Origin: Candidatus Bathyarchaeia archaeon
GTDB lineage: Archaea > Thermoproteota > Bathyarchaeia > Bathyarchaeales > Bathycorpusculaceae
Assembly: GCA_049512935.1 (NCBI GenBank)
Contig: JBEKWR010000001.1
Span: 96,001 to 160,000, forward strand
Direction: 5' to 3'
DNA length: 64,000 bases
A program made the translations under genes and the position numbers. Positions 55,802 to 64,000 of this stretch are shown here, one piece after another. Below the pieces are notes generated by a model. It searched no databases. It was not told the DNA's origin and was given only the letters and a program-made list of their open reading frames with translations. How positions within the stretch are numbered: the first letter of the stretch is position 1; every line of letters starts with the position of its first letter.

Positions 55802-57643
55802 TTGAAGAGAACGCATGCAGTATTGATTATCACGGTTTCCTTGTTACTTGTTTCCATGCCGTTTATTGTGCCTGGAGCGGTTTTTGCTCAAACCACAGGC
55901 TACTCAATCACGCAGGTTAACCATCAAGTTAACGTGTTGTACACTGGGCAAGTAGTTATCCAAGACACAATTTACGTTTCTGGGCAAGTATCCGACGGCT
56001 TCACAATCGGGTTACCCGCCCAGTACAGCACCGACATTCTCAGCGCCGTAGCATACGACTCAAACAGCGTCTTCCAAGTCCAATTGGGAGCTCAGTTAGG
56101 CGACCGAAGCGGATTCTACGGGGCAGAAGTGAACTTCAACGGGCAATCACCAAGCGTGTTCACAGTGGCGTTCGTCCTATCCAACCTTGTCACAGGAAGA
56201 GATACGGGTGATTTCAACCTTAATTTTCCAGCTTACCCAGGCCTAACGCAAGCCGTCGGCAGCTGCAATGTAACCCTGACTTTTCCAAGCACTCCTAGGG
56301 TCATAAACGTCGTCAAAAGCGACGGAAACGTGGATACAGAGAATTATATTGTGCCGAACCTGCCAGCATACACCTATTCCCCAGCTACCGCGGCTATCGA
56401 GGTAGCTAACGGAACTATTCAGTTGGCCGAAATAACCCAGTTGAACCGACAAATAACCATTAACCCAACGGGTCAAGTGTCCGCCACAGACACATACACC
56501 ATCATCAACAACTCGACAGCCAAAATGTCGTTTTTCGTATTGGATGCACCGACCAACGCGAAGAATATTGTGATAAAGGGTGAAACCGGCACGCCGCTAG
56601 CACAACAGAGCGCTTCGATAACACCGGTAATCGCCAACATTCTACAGATTAACGCCACTTTATCAACACCCATAACAAGCGGCGAATCTAACGTTTTAAC
56701 GGTTAGCTATAGTTTGCCAAGCGCAACCGTCCAAGGTTCCCAGTACACGCTTAGCAACTTCCCGCTTTTCCCCGCCTTCTATTATTACATTAACAGTGCA
56801 AGCTGCACGTTTAACCCGCCTCAGGGAGCAACAATCACAACGCCAAAGTTAACATCCCTTGGCGCATCCAGTTCTGTAACAAGAAATGGCTTCCAAGACA
56901 CCTTCACCGTGACTACCAGCGGAGTAAGCTACGTTAATGCCATACTTCCAAAAAGCAATACCGTTCAAGTATCGTACAGTTACAATCCAGTCTGGGTCAG
57001 CTACATGCCTACTCTGTGGCTTTCATTTGCGGCAGTTATCGGCTGCGTAGGCGCTGTTGTCTATCAAAAGCGCAAACCAAGCGAAAAAGCACCTGCCCCA
57101 AGCAAAAAATCAAAGATGTCGAGTCCGAAGTTCGTCCCCGTTGCTTCTTCTGAAGAAGTGAAAAGTGCCGAGCCCAGAACCGCCACTGCTGCCGCTAGCG
57201 CTGCCGCTACGCCTCAACGCGTCACTGGAGAAAGCATAAGGGAATTCACTGATTCTTACGATGACAAGAAACGGTTAAACGGTGAACTCAGGTCTCTTGA
57301 TTTGAAAGCGCAGAAAGGAAAGATTCCAAGGCGCCAATACAAAGTTCAACGCAGAACAATAGAAATACGTTTAGAAACAATTTCACGCAACACAAACAAA
57401 ATGAAAGAAGTACTCCGAAACTCGGGCAGCGCATACGCTGACTTGACTAAGCAACTTGACTCCGCTGAAGAAGATTTGACTGAAGCCGAAGACAACATAA
57501 AGAAACTTGAAGACAAGCAGAGCAGAGGCGAAATTTCAATAGAAGCCTACAAGAGAGACATTGCAGACTACCAGAAACGCAGGGACAAAGCCGAATCGAC
57601 GTTGAACGGAATTCTGCTGAGATTACGTGAAAAAGCACGTTAA
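55802..57643 (+). CDS. Ribophorin-I-like type I membrane protein
   Basis: Signal peptide, two beta-rich domains (LNRQITINPTGQVSATDTYTIIN..PTNAKNIVIKGETG), single TM, cytosolic helical bundle. Confidence 0.6.
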   Translation: MKRTHAVLIITVSLLLVSMPFIVPGAVFAQTTGYSITQVNHQVNVLYTGQVVIQDTIYVSGQVSDGFTIGLPAQYSTDILSAVAYDSNSVFQVQLGAQLGDRSGFYGAEVNFNGQSPSVFTVAFVLSNLVTGRDTGDFNLNFPAYPGLTQAVGSCNVTLTFPSTPRVINVVKSDGNVDTENYIVPNLPAYTYSPATAAIEVANGTIQLAEITQLNRQITINPTGQVSATDTYTIINNSTAKMSFFVLDAPTNAKNIVIKGETGTPLAQQSASITPVIANILQINATLSTPITSGESNVLTVSYSLPSATVQGSQYTLSNFPLFPAFYYYINSASCTFNPPQGATITTPKLTSLGASSSVTRNGFQDTFTVTTSGVSYVNAILPKSNTVQVSYSYNPVWVSYMPTLWLSFAAVIGCVGAVVYQKRKPSEKAPAPSKKSKMSSPKFVPVASSEEVKSAEPRTATAAASAAATPQRVTGESIREFTDSYDDKKRLNGELRSLDLKAQKGKIPRRQYKVQRRTIEIRLETISRNTNKMKEVLRNSGSAYADLTKQLDSAEEDLTEAEDNIKKLEDKQSRGEISIEAYKRDIADYQKRRDKAESTLNGILLRLREKAR

Positions 57644-57703
57644 AACACCTAAAACCTTTTATTTTACTCAATAGCTTTTCAAGAAAACCAGAGGTAGACA
57701 AAA

Positions 57704-57883
57704 ATGGTAAAAATAGTTGTTGACCCCAAATGCACCGGATGCGAAACATGCGTAAACACTTGCCCCGTAGGCGTCTACGAAATCAAAAACGGGAAATCGA
57801 CACCGACCAAAGTCAGTGAGTGCTTAGTGTGCAGAGCATGTGAAGCCCAGTGCCCCGAAGGCGCAATCCAGGTAATCGAGTAA
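57704..57883 (+). CDS. 2x[4Fe-4S] ferredoxin (59 aa, absent from the ORF track)
   Basis: MVKIVVDPKCTGCETCVNTCP...CLVCRACEAQCPEGAIQVIE; GAGGT SD. Confidence 0.95.
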   Translation: MVKIVVDPKCTGCETCVNTCPVGVYEIKNGKSTPTKVSECLVCRACEAQCPEGAIQVIE

Positions 57884-58045
57884 ATCTGAAGCCTGTAAAT
57901 TAATTACACGCTTGTCTCTTAAACAGCAGGCTCAGAGAATTCCCTTATTTTGCTTAATTTTTTGATTTGATTGGAAAAATTCTAGACTTGTTTGCCGATT
58001 GGCGTTGCCACTTTCTTAAAATGCCTTATAACGCAGGGGGACATT

Positions 58046-58156
58046 TTAGTCTTCGATGTTCCACAAAAACCTGATTATCTTTGAGATTTGCTCCACTGTC
58101 TCACGGTCAGTTTTTTGCTCTTCTTCTATGTTCTTCAGCGGAATAGAGGTTACCAT
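58046..58156 (-). CDS. Possible small protein (36 aa)
   Basis: MVTSIPLKNIEEEQKTDRETVEQISKIIRFLWNIED; protein-like composition only. Confidence 0.3.
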   Translation of the reverse strand: MVTSIPLKNIEEEQKTDRETVEQISKIIRFLWNIED

Positions 58157-58381
58157 AGGAAAGGTAATGGGCTGCTTTTGTAATAACAATTACGTTGGCG
58201 GCAACTTCGAACTTCGAAGTGAAGCAAAAGTTAGCCCGAAGCATTTTAACAGATTTATGCCAATTTGCGATAGTGCGGTGGATTTTATTCTCTCACATTT
58301 TTCAAATCTTAATGATCTTTCGTTAAATTCGCTGATTTTACGGACAACAGTTATATGTTGAAGTTAACGAGTATTGTGGAT

Positions 58382-58657
58382 ATGGCAGACAAAGTCCACT
58401 GCGCACACATACTAGTCAAAACAGAGACTGAAGCAAAAAACATCAAGGCGCGACTCGATAAGGGCGAAAAATTCGGAGCCCTAGCCAAAAACGTTTCCCT
58501 GTGCCCGTCTTCAAAGAACGGGGGAGACCTTGGCACCTTCACGAGGGGCAAGATGGTTAAGGAGTTTGAGAAGGCGGCTTTCGCGCTTGAGAAAGGCCAG
58601 ACTTCTGATCCTGTTAAGACCCAGTTTGGGTACCATATAATAAAACGGGTAGAATAA
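58382..58657 (+). CDS. ppiC: Parvulin-type peptidyl-prolyl isomerase
   Basis: [31 protein letters not shown]. Confidence 0.95.
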   Translation: MADKVHCAHILVKTETEAKNIKARLDKGEKFGALAKNVSLCPSSKNGGDLGTFTRGKMVKEFEKAAFALEKGQTSDPVKTQFGYHIIKRVE

Positions 58658-58777
58658 GCCAGGCCTAGTTGCAGGGCAGCTTGTTCAGCGCGTAAACAAA
58701 AAATTCGATCACCATAAAGGATAGTTTGGATTGTGACTCTTTAGAGCCTGTTTTTTTCTTTTGCTTTCACGGGGCAA

Positions 58778-58802
58778 AAATATGTCTTTTTCAGACACAT
58801 TT
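58778..58802. promoter_or_regulatory. Imperfect palindrome abutting the copA TATA box
   Basis: AAATATGTCT-TTTTC-AGACACATTT (9/10), overlapping TTTATA at 58800. Confidence 0.45.
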
Positions 58803-58827
58803 ATAGGCTGCTTTCAAGCATCAAAAC

Positions 58828-60957
58828 ATGAAGGAACAAGTCATGGTTACCGTACGAGACCCTGTATGCGGCATGGATGTTGACACGGAAACAGCCCTCA
58901 GCGCCAAAATAGGCGACCGAACATACTACTTCTGCAGCCAACAGTGCCTCGACGTCTACACGGCTCCAGAGCGTGAGCTGAAAGCGATGCAGCGCCGGGT
59001 TGCCTTCACCTTAACTGGCGCCGTGGCAGCCCTTGCCCTGAAAGTGATTACTCTCTTCGGCCTCATCACGGCGATAATGTATTTTGACGTTGCCGGGGAG
59101 CTCAGGGTCTATGACGTAGCGGTGTTCATTGTTTCGACACCCATCGTCTGGATAGCTGGCTTTAGGATATACAAGGGCGCTTACCAGTCGCTTCGAAACC
59201 GCAACATAAACATGGATGTGCTGGTCACTGTCGGAGTCCTTGCAGGCTGGATCTACGGAGTCATAAACGTGTTCCTCTTGCCCACGGCTTCTCAACCGGG
59301 CTCAGGCTACATGGAAATCGCCATCGGCATCCTGGCTTTCGTTTTGCTGGGAAGATACATCGAAGAATTAATTCGAAGACGCTCAGCCGCGTCGATACGA
59401 AAACTGCTCGAACTTCAACCGACGATGGCGAGAGTTGTCAAGGAAGGAAAAGAAACCGACATTCCTATAGAGCAGGTGCAGGTCGGTGACGTAATCATTG
59501 TGAAGCCTGGCGAAAAAATCCCGATTGACGGCACGGTGACGGCGGGCTACTCGTCGGTTGATGAGAAACTGCTCACTGGCGAGAGCATTCCTGTCGAGAA
59601 AACTGTCGGAAGCGAAGTTGTGGGCGCAACTATAAACAAGACGGGGCTGTTGACGATTAAGGCGACGCGTGTTAGCGACGAAACTGCCCTGTCACAGATT
59701 GTTCATCTTGTCGAAGAAGCACAGGCTTCGACCGCTCCAGTTCAAAGGTTTGCTGACCGTATTGTCAAATGGTTTGTTCCCATCATATTGACAGCCGCCG
59801 CCATTTCCTTTGCCTACTGGTTTGTTTCAAGCGGCAACTTTACAACAGCGTTCTTGGTTCTGTTGGCTGTGATATTGATCTCTTGCCCGTGCGCTTTAGG
59901 CATCGCAACTCCGACAGCTATTCTGGCAGGTGTCGGAAAAGGGGCTGAATACGGCGTTCTGCTTCGAAGCGGAGAGTACGTTGAGAAGGCGCGAAAGCTG
60001 ACGACTGTTGTTTTCGACAAAACAGGCACCTTGACTGTGGGAGAGCCAAGAGTCACCGACATCAAAACCTACAGCGGATTCGATGAGCAGACAGCACTTC
60101 GTTACGCTGGCGCAGCGGAGAAAGGTTCTGAGCATCCACTGGCGGAAGCAATACTCGCAAAGGCTGAATCCGACAAAGTAACCGTTGACCAAGCAGACAG
60201 TTTCGAGGCATTGCCCGGCAGAGGAGTGAAGTGCAGTGTCGGAGCCAAGATGGTGCTGCTTGGAAACCGCATACTGATGCAGGAACAAGGCGTGTCCATC
60301 AGTGAGTCGACAGCTGATGATCTGACTGCTTTGGAAGCGCAGGGAAAAACCGTCATGATTCTGGCTGTTGACGGTGAGAGTGCCGGATTGATTGCTGCGA
60401 TGGATACTCCGAAGGAAAGCGCTGCCGAAGCAATACAGCAGCTCAAGAGCATGAACTTGGAAGTTGCAATGCTAACTGGAGATAACGAGCGAACAGCCAA
60501 AGCCGTCGCCGAGCAGCTTGGGATAACTCAGGTTTTCGCCAGCGTTCTGCCTTGGCAAAAAGTCGATGTCATAAAGAGGCTGCAGGGTGAAGGCAAAGTC
60601 GTGGCCATGGTCGGCGACGGAATAAACGATGCTCCAGCGCTTGCGACAGCCGACATCGGCATCGCCATCGGCAGCGGAACCGACATAGCTAAAGAGACAG
60701 GCGGCATAGTGCTCATAAGAGACGACCTACGCGATGTAGCCTTAGGCATCGAACTCAGCAAGAAAACCATGCGCAAAATCGACACTAACCTGTTCTGGGC
60801 GTTTGCTTACAACTCAGTTATGATCCCGGTTGCCGCTGCGGGCTTGCTTAACCCGATGTACGCTGCTGGAGCCATGGCGATAAGCAGCTTAACCGTTGTC
60901 AGCAACTCGGCTCTGCTGAAGCTGGCTAAATTTAAATCCAAGAAAATTAATGACTAG
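58828..60957 (+). CDS. copA: Cu(+)-exporting P1B ATPase with N-terminal YHS/TRASH domain
   Basis: [38 protein letters not shown] and MAISS. Confidence 0.95.
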   Translation: MKEQVMVTVRDPVCGMDVDTETALSAKIGDRTYYFCSQQCLDVYTAPERELKAMQRRVAFTLTGAVAALALKVITLFGLITAIMYFDVAGELRVYDVAVFIVSTPIVWIAGFRIYKGAYQSLRNRNINMDVLVTVGVLAGWIYGVINVFLLPTASQPGSGYMEIAIGILAFVLLGRYIEELIRRRSAASIRKLLELQPTMARVVKEGKETDIPIEQVQVGDVIIVKPGEKIPIDGTVTAGYSSVDEKLLTGESIPVEKTVGSEVVGATINKTGLLTIKATRVSDETALSQIVHLVEEAQASTAPVQRFADRIVKWFVPIILTAAAISFAYWFVSSGNFTTAFLVLLAVILISCPCALGIATPTAILAGVGKGAEYGVLLRSGEYVEKARKLTTVVFDKTGTLTVGEPRVTDIKTYSGFDEQTALRYAGAAEKGSEHPLAEAILAKAESDKVTVDQADSFEALPGRGVKCSVGAKMVLLGNRILMQEQGVSISESTADDLTALEAQGKTVMILAVDGESAGLIAAMDTPKESAAEAIQQLKSMNLEVAMLTGDNERTAKAVAEQLGITQVFASVLPWQKVDVIKRLQGEGKVVAMVGDGINDAPALATADIGIAIGSGTDIAKETGGIVLIRDDLRDVALGIELSKKTMRKIDTNLFWAFAYNSVMIPVAAAGLLNPMYAAGAMAISSLTVVSNSALLKLAKFKSKKIND

Positions 60958-60983
60958 CGTAGGCGTTTGGAGGTGAATGTTTT

Positions 60984-61130
60984 ATGGCTAAGGATCCGAT
61001 CTGTGGAATGATGGTTGACGAGAAAAAAGCCAAGTTTAAATCCGACTATAAGGGCAAAACCTTCTATTTCTGTGCAGCCTCCTGCAAGGCAACGTTTGAC
61101 AAGAACCCTGCAAAATACGCAGGCGCATAA
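60984..61130 (+). CDS. YHS/TRASH copper chaperone (48 aa, absent from the ORF track)
   Basis: MAKDPICGMMVDEKKAKFKSDYKGKTFYFCAASCKATFDKNPAKYAGA; GGAGGTGA SD. Confidence 0.92.
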   Translation: MAKDPICGMMVDEKKAKFKSDYKGKTFYFCAASCKATFDKNPAKYAGA

Positions 61131-61178
61131 AAAAAGTGCTCGATGTGGCTGCTATGAGTAACCGCTAAAACTTCAAAG

Positions 61179-62015
61179 TTACGCGTTTAGTTTTTCGTTT
61201 TCTTTTTTGATTCTCGCGCGCTCTTTTTCGATGGCTTTCTCCACTTCTTCCCTTATCGTGAAGCCGCCGATGTGCAGGATGGGCTCTTTGGTTTCTGGAT
61301 CCGTCTCCATAGTTGCGGTGCACGGGTAGCTGTGATGGGCTTTGGAGATAGCGTCGTAGAGCTCTTCTTTTTTCGTCGGAACACCCGCAAGTTTACGGGC
61401 TATGTACCACGTGGACCCGCACGGAGCGCTGCGCCTGACAACCACGCATTCGATGACCTCTTTCTTATCCACCATTGAAAGCGTGATTTCAAGCAGCGGC
61501 CGCCCCACCTTTGTCTCTTCAATGAAACGGGCAATCGTGGGCTTATCTGCCTCAGGCTCAAGAGTGCAAAACGGCTTGGGAAAAGCGCATTCAAGCCCCA
61601 GTTCGTTGCAGCGAGTTTCAACTTGTTTGCGTACGCCGACGGGGACTTCAGTCCAGTCTTCGATGGGGGCAATCAACGCTTTTATCCCCGCCTTCTTAAG
61701 CTGGTTAGGTAACTCCAACAGCAAATCCTTCTGCAGTCCTGAGGCTAAGCAGACGTCGGCTTTAGGGAGCTTTTTAGGCATGAAATCTTCAGGGTTGTCG
61801 ATGAACGCGGGCAGCTCAGATGGGCTGGGCAGTTGGATGGCTGCTCTGACGTTCCTCACGAAGCTGTAAACGTTGTATTTGCATGATTCACAGTAGAGAC
61901 CGCATGACTGGCAGAAGCAGGGGTCGTTGATTAGGTTGCGGATCACCCGTTCCATGAAGTCTTTGCTGTAAACAAACACTAAGGCTAAAGGTTCCCCGCT
62001 GTCTTTTTTGCTCAC
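61179..62015 (-). CDS. DUF166 family Cys-rich protein
   Basis: FIDNPE, PKPFCTL, V.RSAPCGSTW..A, YPC.A.M; GTG start inferred. Confidence 0.8.
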   Translation of the reverse strand: MSKKDSGEPLALVFVYSKDFMERVIRNLINDPCFCQSCGLYCESCKYNVYSFVRNVRAAIQLPSPSELPAFIDNPEDFMPKKLPKADVCLASGLQKDLLLELPNQLKKAGIKALIAPIEDWTEVPVGVRKQVETRCNELGLECAFPKPFCTLEPEADKPTIARFIEETKVGRPLLEITLSMVDKKEVIECVVVRRSAPCGSTWYIARKLAGVPTKKEELYDAISKAHHSYPCTATMETDPETKEPILHIGGFTIREEVEKAIEKERARIKKENEKLNA

Positions 62016-62034
62016 TCTGTGCTCTGCTCCCGTT

Positions 62035-62679
62035 TTAGAAGGCGCCCAGCAGGACATGCTCAGCGAACAAATCTTCGTTGAACGCTCCTGTGAACTCTAT
62101 TTTCTCGTTAATTATGACTTTGGGCACGCCGATCACGTTGTACTTCAGGGCTAAATCGGGAAACTCGCCGCTGTCGATGACGTCAGCCTTTACCAGGTCG
62201 CTTTCGACGGCTAACTTGTGCGCAACCGCGGCGGCTGCGGGGCAGTGAGGGCAGGTCAGGCTTACGAAGACTTGGATGTGAACTGGGTTTTTAACTTCCT
62301 TCAGAATTGACTTGGTGTTTTCAGAAAGGTCAGTTGTCCCTTTGGAAACGATGAAGATTGCCTCTATCAGCGTTTGCAGCTCGTATCCGTAGGGGATGCC
62401 GTAGATTCTCACGCCGTAATCTTTCTTGCCGATGATAGCTAACGCGGGAATCTTGTCAATTCCGTATTCCTTGGCTTTGGCGGCGTCGGCGACAAAATCA
62501 AGAACCTCCAAAGTTATCTTGTCGCTGAGAGGCACCAACTCCTGAACCAGCGTTCTTGTTTGAGAGCAGTATTGGCATTCAATCTCCTGAGTGAACATGA
62601 CGATTTTGACTGGGTCAACCAGCTTCTCCTTGAAATCGGCTTTAAGCAGCTCTTTCTTGTCGTCTGGGATTAAACTCAA
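62035..62679 (-). CDS. Protein disulfide oxidoreductase (two thioredoxin folds)
   Basis: CQYC and CPHC, G.PYGYE, V.GVPK. Confidence 0.93.
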   Translation of the reverse strand: MSLIPDDKKELLKADFKEKLVDPVKIVMFTQEIECQYCSQTRTLVQELVPLSDKITLEVLDFVADAAKAKEYGIDKIPALAIIGKKDYGVRIYGIPYGYELQTLIEAIFIVSKGTTDLSENTKSILKEVKNPVHIQVFVSLTCPHCPAAAAVAHKLAVESDLVKADVIDSGEFPDLALKYNVIGVPKVIINEKIEFTGAFNEDLFAEHVLLGAF

Positions 62680-62980
62680 AACCTAAGCCTCCAAAACCTC
62701 CGTCGAATTCCAATATTAAACTGGATGCACAGGCATATAACGATTCTTGATTTTTTGAGCAGGCATACATGGGATTGTTTTCGTGCGGGTCTTTTTTGGA
62801 TTTGACGGTTTTTTAGGGATTTTTGTGTCCGATTTAGGCGTGTTCTCTTGTTTTTTTAAGTTGCGACTTTTGGAGCGGGCGGCATTCTTGATTTAGAAGT
62901 TTTTGATCGTTTGTGGACTGCGGTTTTTGTTTTTAGCCAACTGACTGCCCTTAATTGATTTTAGTTTTCGCTAAGAGAGC

Positions 62981-63235
62981 TTATTTCCAAAATACTTCTC
63001 GATATGTTAGCTTTAACTTTCTTTTCAAATAAGTGAAGCCGACGCCAAAAACTAAAGGCCAAGTGAGTAGCAGAGCTATGCTCTTTACAACATATACCGG
63101 GAAACTATCTACTTTGCCGTTAGATGAGAACAGGGCAAAAGTGAGAACCAAAAAGTATACTGCAGCTCCGATAGTTAGATTTTTTTTTCTTAACCTGTGA
63201 AGTTGCGTATATTTTGATTGATTGCTTGCCATCAA
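62981..63235 (-). CDS. Small two-TM hypothetical protein, AT-rich
   Basis: Two hydrophobic segments; CTTATATA box about 25 nt upstream. Confidence 0.6.
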   Translation of the reverse strand: MMASNQSKYTQLHRLRKKNLTIGAAVYFLVLTFALFSSNGKVDSFPVYVVKSIALLLTWPLVFGVGFTYLKRKLKLTYREVFWK

Positions 63236-63350
63236 AAAATTGAGTATAATCTACTGCTATATAAGATTTTAGCGATTTCCTTCTTCCACATGCCGCAAAT
63301 ATCAATACCTCTATGGACCGACATAGCGGCTTAGAATTGCAAACTATTAG

Positions 63351-63470
63351 AAAAAGATTAGCCCAACCTGTGGGCGCTCCTCCCTCCTTGTGCGCCCCTC
63401 CTCGTGCGTGTCTCGCCTCCATTGTGTGTGTGACTGTGTGATTGTGATTGTAGCTGGTTGTAGTTAGTTC
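63351..63470 (-). ncRNA. Candidate structured non-coding RNA
   Basis: CA-rich 5' part, four GGAGG motifs, GC hairpins, oligo-U end. Confidence 0.3.
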
Positions 63471-64000
63471 AAAGAGAGAGGGTTAAGTTTTACTATCAAC
63501 CGCGCCTCCATGTGCCGGCCAATGGGGATGTCCGTGCCCTTCATCATTACACTGCGACGCCAATACAGACTTATCGCACGAAGAATCTCCCCTCCACGCG
63601 GCAACAGCGCCTAAACAACGGAAAAAGCAAGCGCCAAAAACTAATTTCAAAAAATAACCTGCCGCCCCACGCTCATCCTTCGCCATCCGCTAAACACCAC
63701 GAAAACAAACACGCCGCCAAACCGAAACGCCCATAACCGACAATAACTTCAACATGCACTCAACATTGAAAGTCGCAAAGCGCCCATCCCGAAAGTCGCA
63801 ACCCACAGCAACCTTCAAACCCCAAACCAAAAACAAAGCCCAAAAAAACGGTTAGGCTGGCTGCCGCTTGCTAGGAGCCGTGTGATGGAGGAATCATGGC
63901 TAACCTTGCTTCTTGGCAAAGACATTTAGTTTCATTTATGAAAGGAAAAAAGGGGACAGAAAAGCGAATAAAAAAGAATCAAACATAGAGCAATTTGAAC

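Noticed and set aside
58056-58361. 101-aa plus-strand ORF
   Set aside because: Atypical composition and no motif; the short minus-strand ORF is at least as plausible
63120-63736. ORFs 63120-63422, 63483-63686 and 63512-63736
   Set aside because: They derive from skewed low-complexity DNA and have no family features
1-64000. CRISPR array, rRNA, tRNA, transposase/integrase, inteins
   Set aside because: No repeat-spacer array or cloverleaf seen in intergenic gaps; no recombinase motifs; RadA and Cdc48 are of normal length

Overview
Archaeal chromosomal window, most consistent with Bathyarchaeia (TACK). This is inferred from the gene set: TFE-beta/Rpc34-like factor, arcadin-1, a ribophorin-I-like protein, a PG-ATTVG proteasome beta subunit, tungsten AOR, and frequent TTG starts. 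About 70 CDS were found, mostly housekeeping: proS, rtcA, trm5, glmS, AOR, rqc2/NEMF, radA, msrB, pcm, fen1, EF-1beta, cdc48, GGR, pth2, truD, NMNAT, ogt, psmB, nadC, rlmE, KEOPS-rps15-RecJ/GAN, copA and PDO. Lineage-specific membrane and secreted genes are interspersed. No rRNA, tRNA, CRISPR array, transposase or integrase was seen. The most interesting signals are non-coding. (1) A 23-bp element (sense CGTTCACTTTCA-NNN-ACCCCTCC) lies at identical spacing (31 nt) from the TATA boxes of radA and of an uncharacterised 111-aa gene; it resembles archaeal DNA-damage-response elements and suggests a bathyarchaeal DDR regulon. (2) A duplicated fen1 5' end plus promoter differs only at synonymous sites for 36 codons and brackets an inverted-repeat-flanked cargo gene. 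(3) Eleven AAAG boxes sit at an exact 10-bp period upstream of radA. (4) A perfect 12-2-12 palindrome lies between glmS and a divergent ArsR-type regulator with an unexplained C-terminal domain. All product calls come from motif recognition by eye, without database searches.
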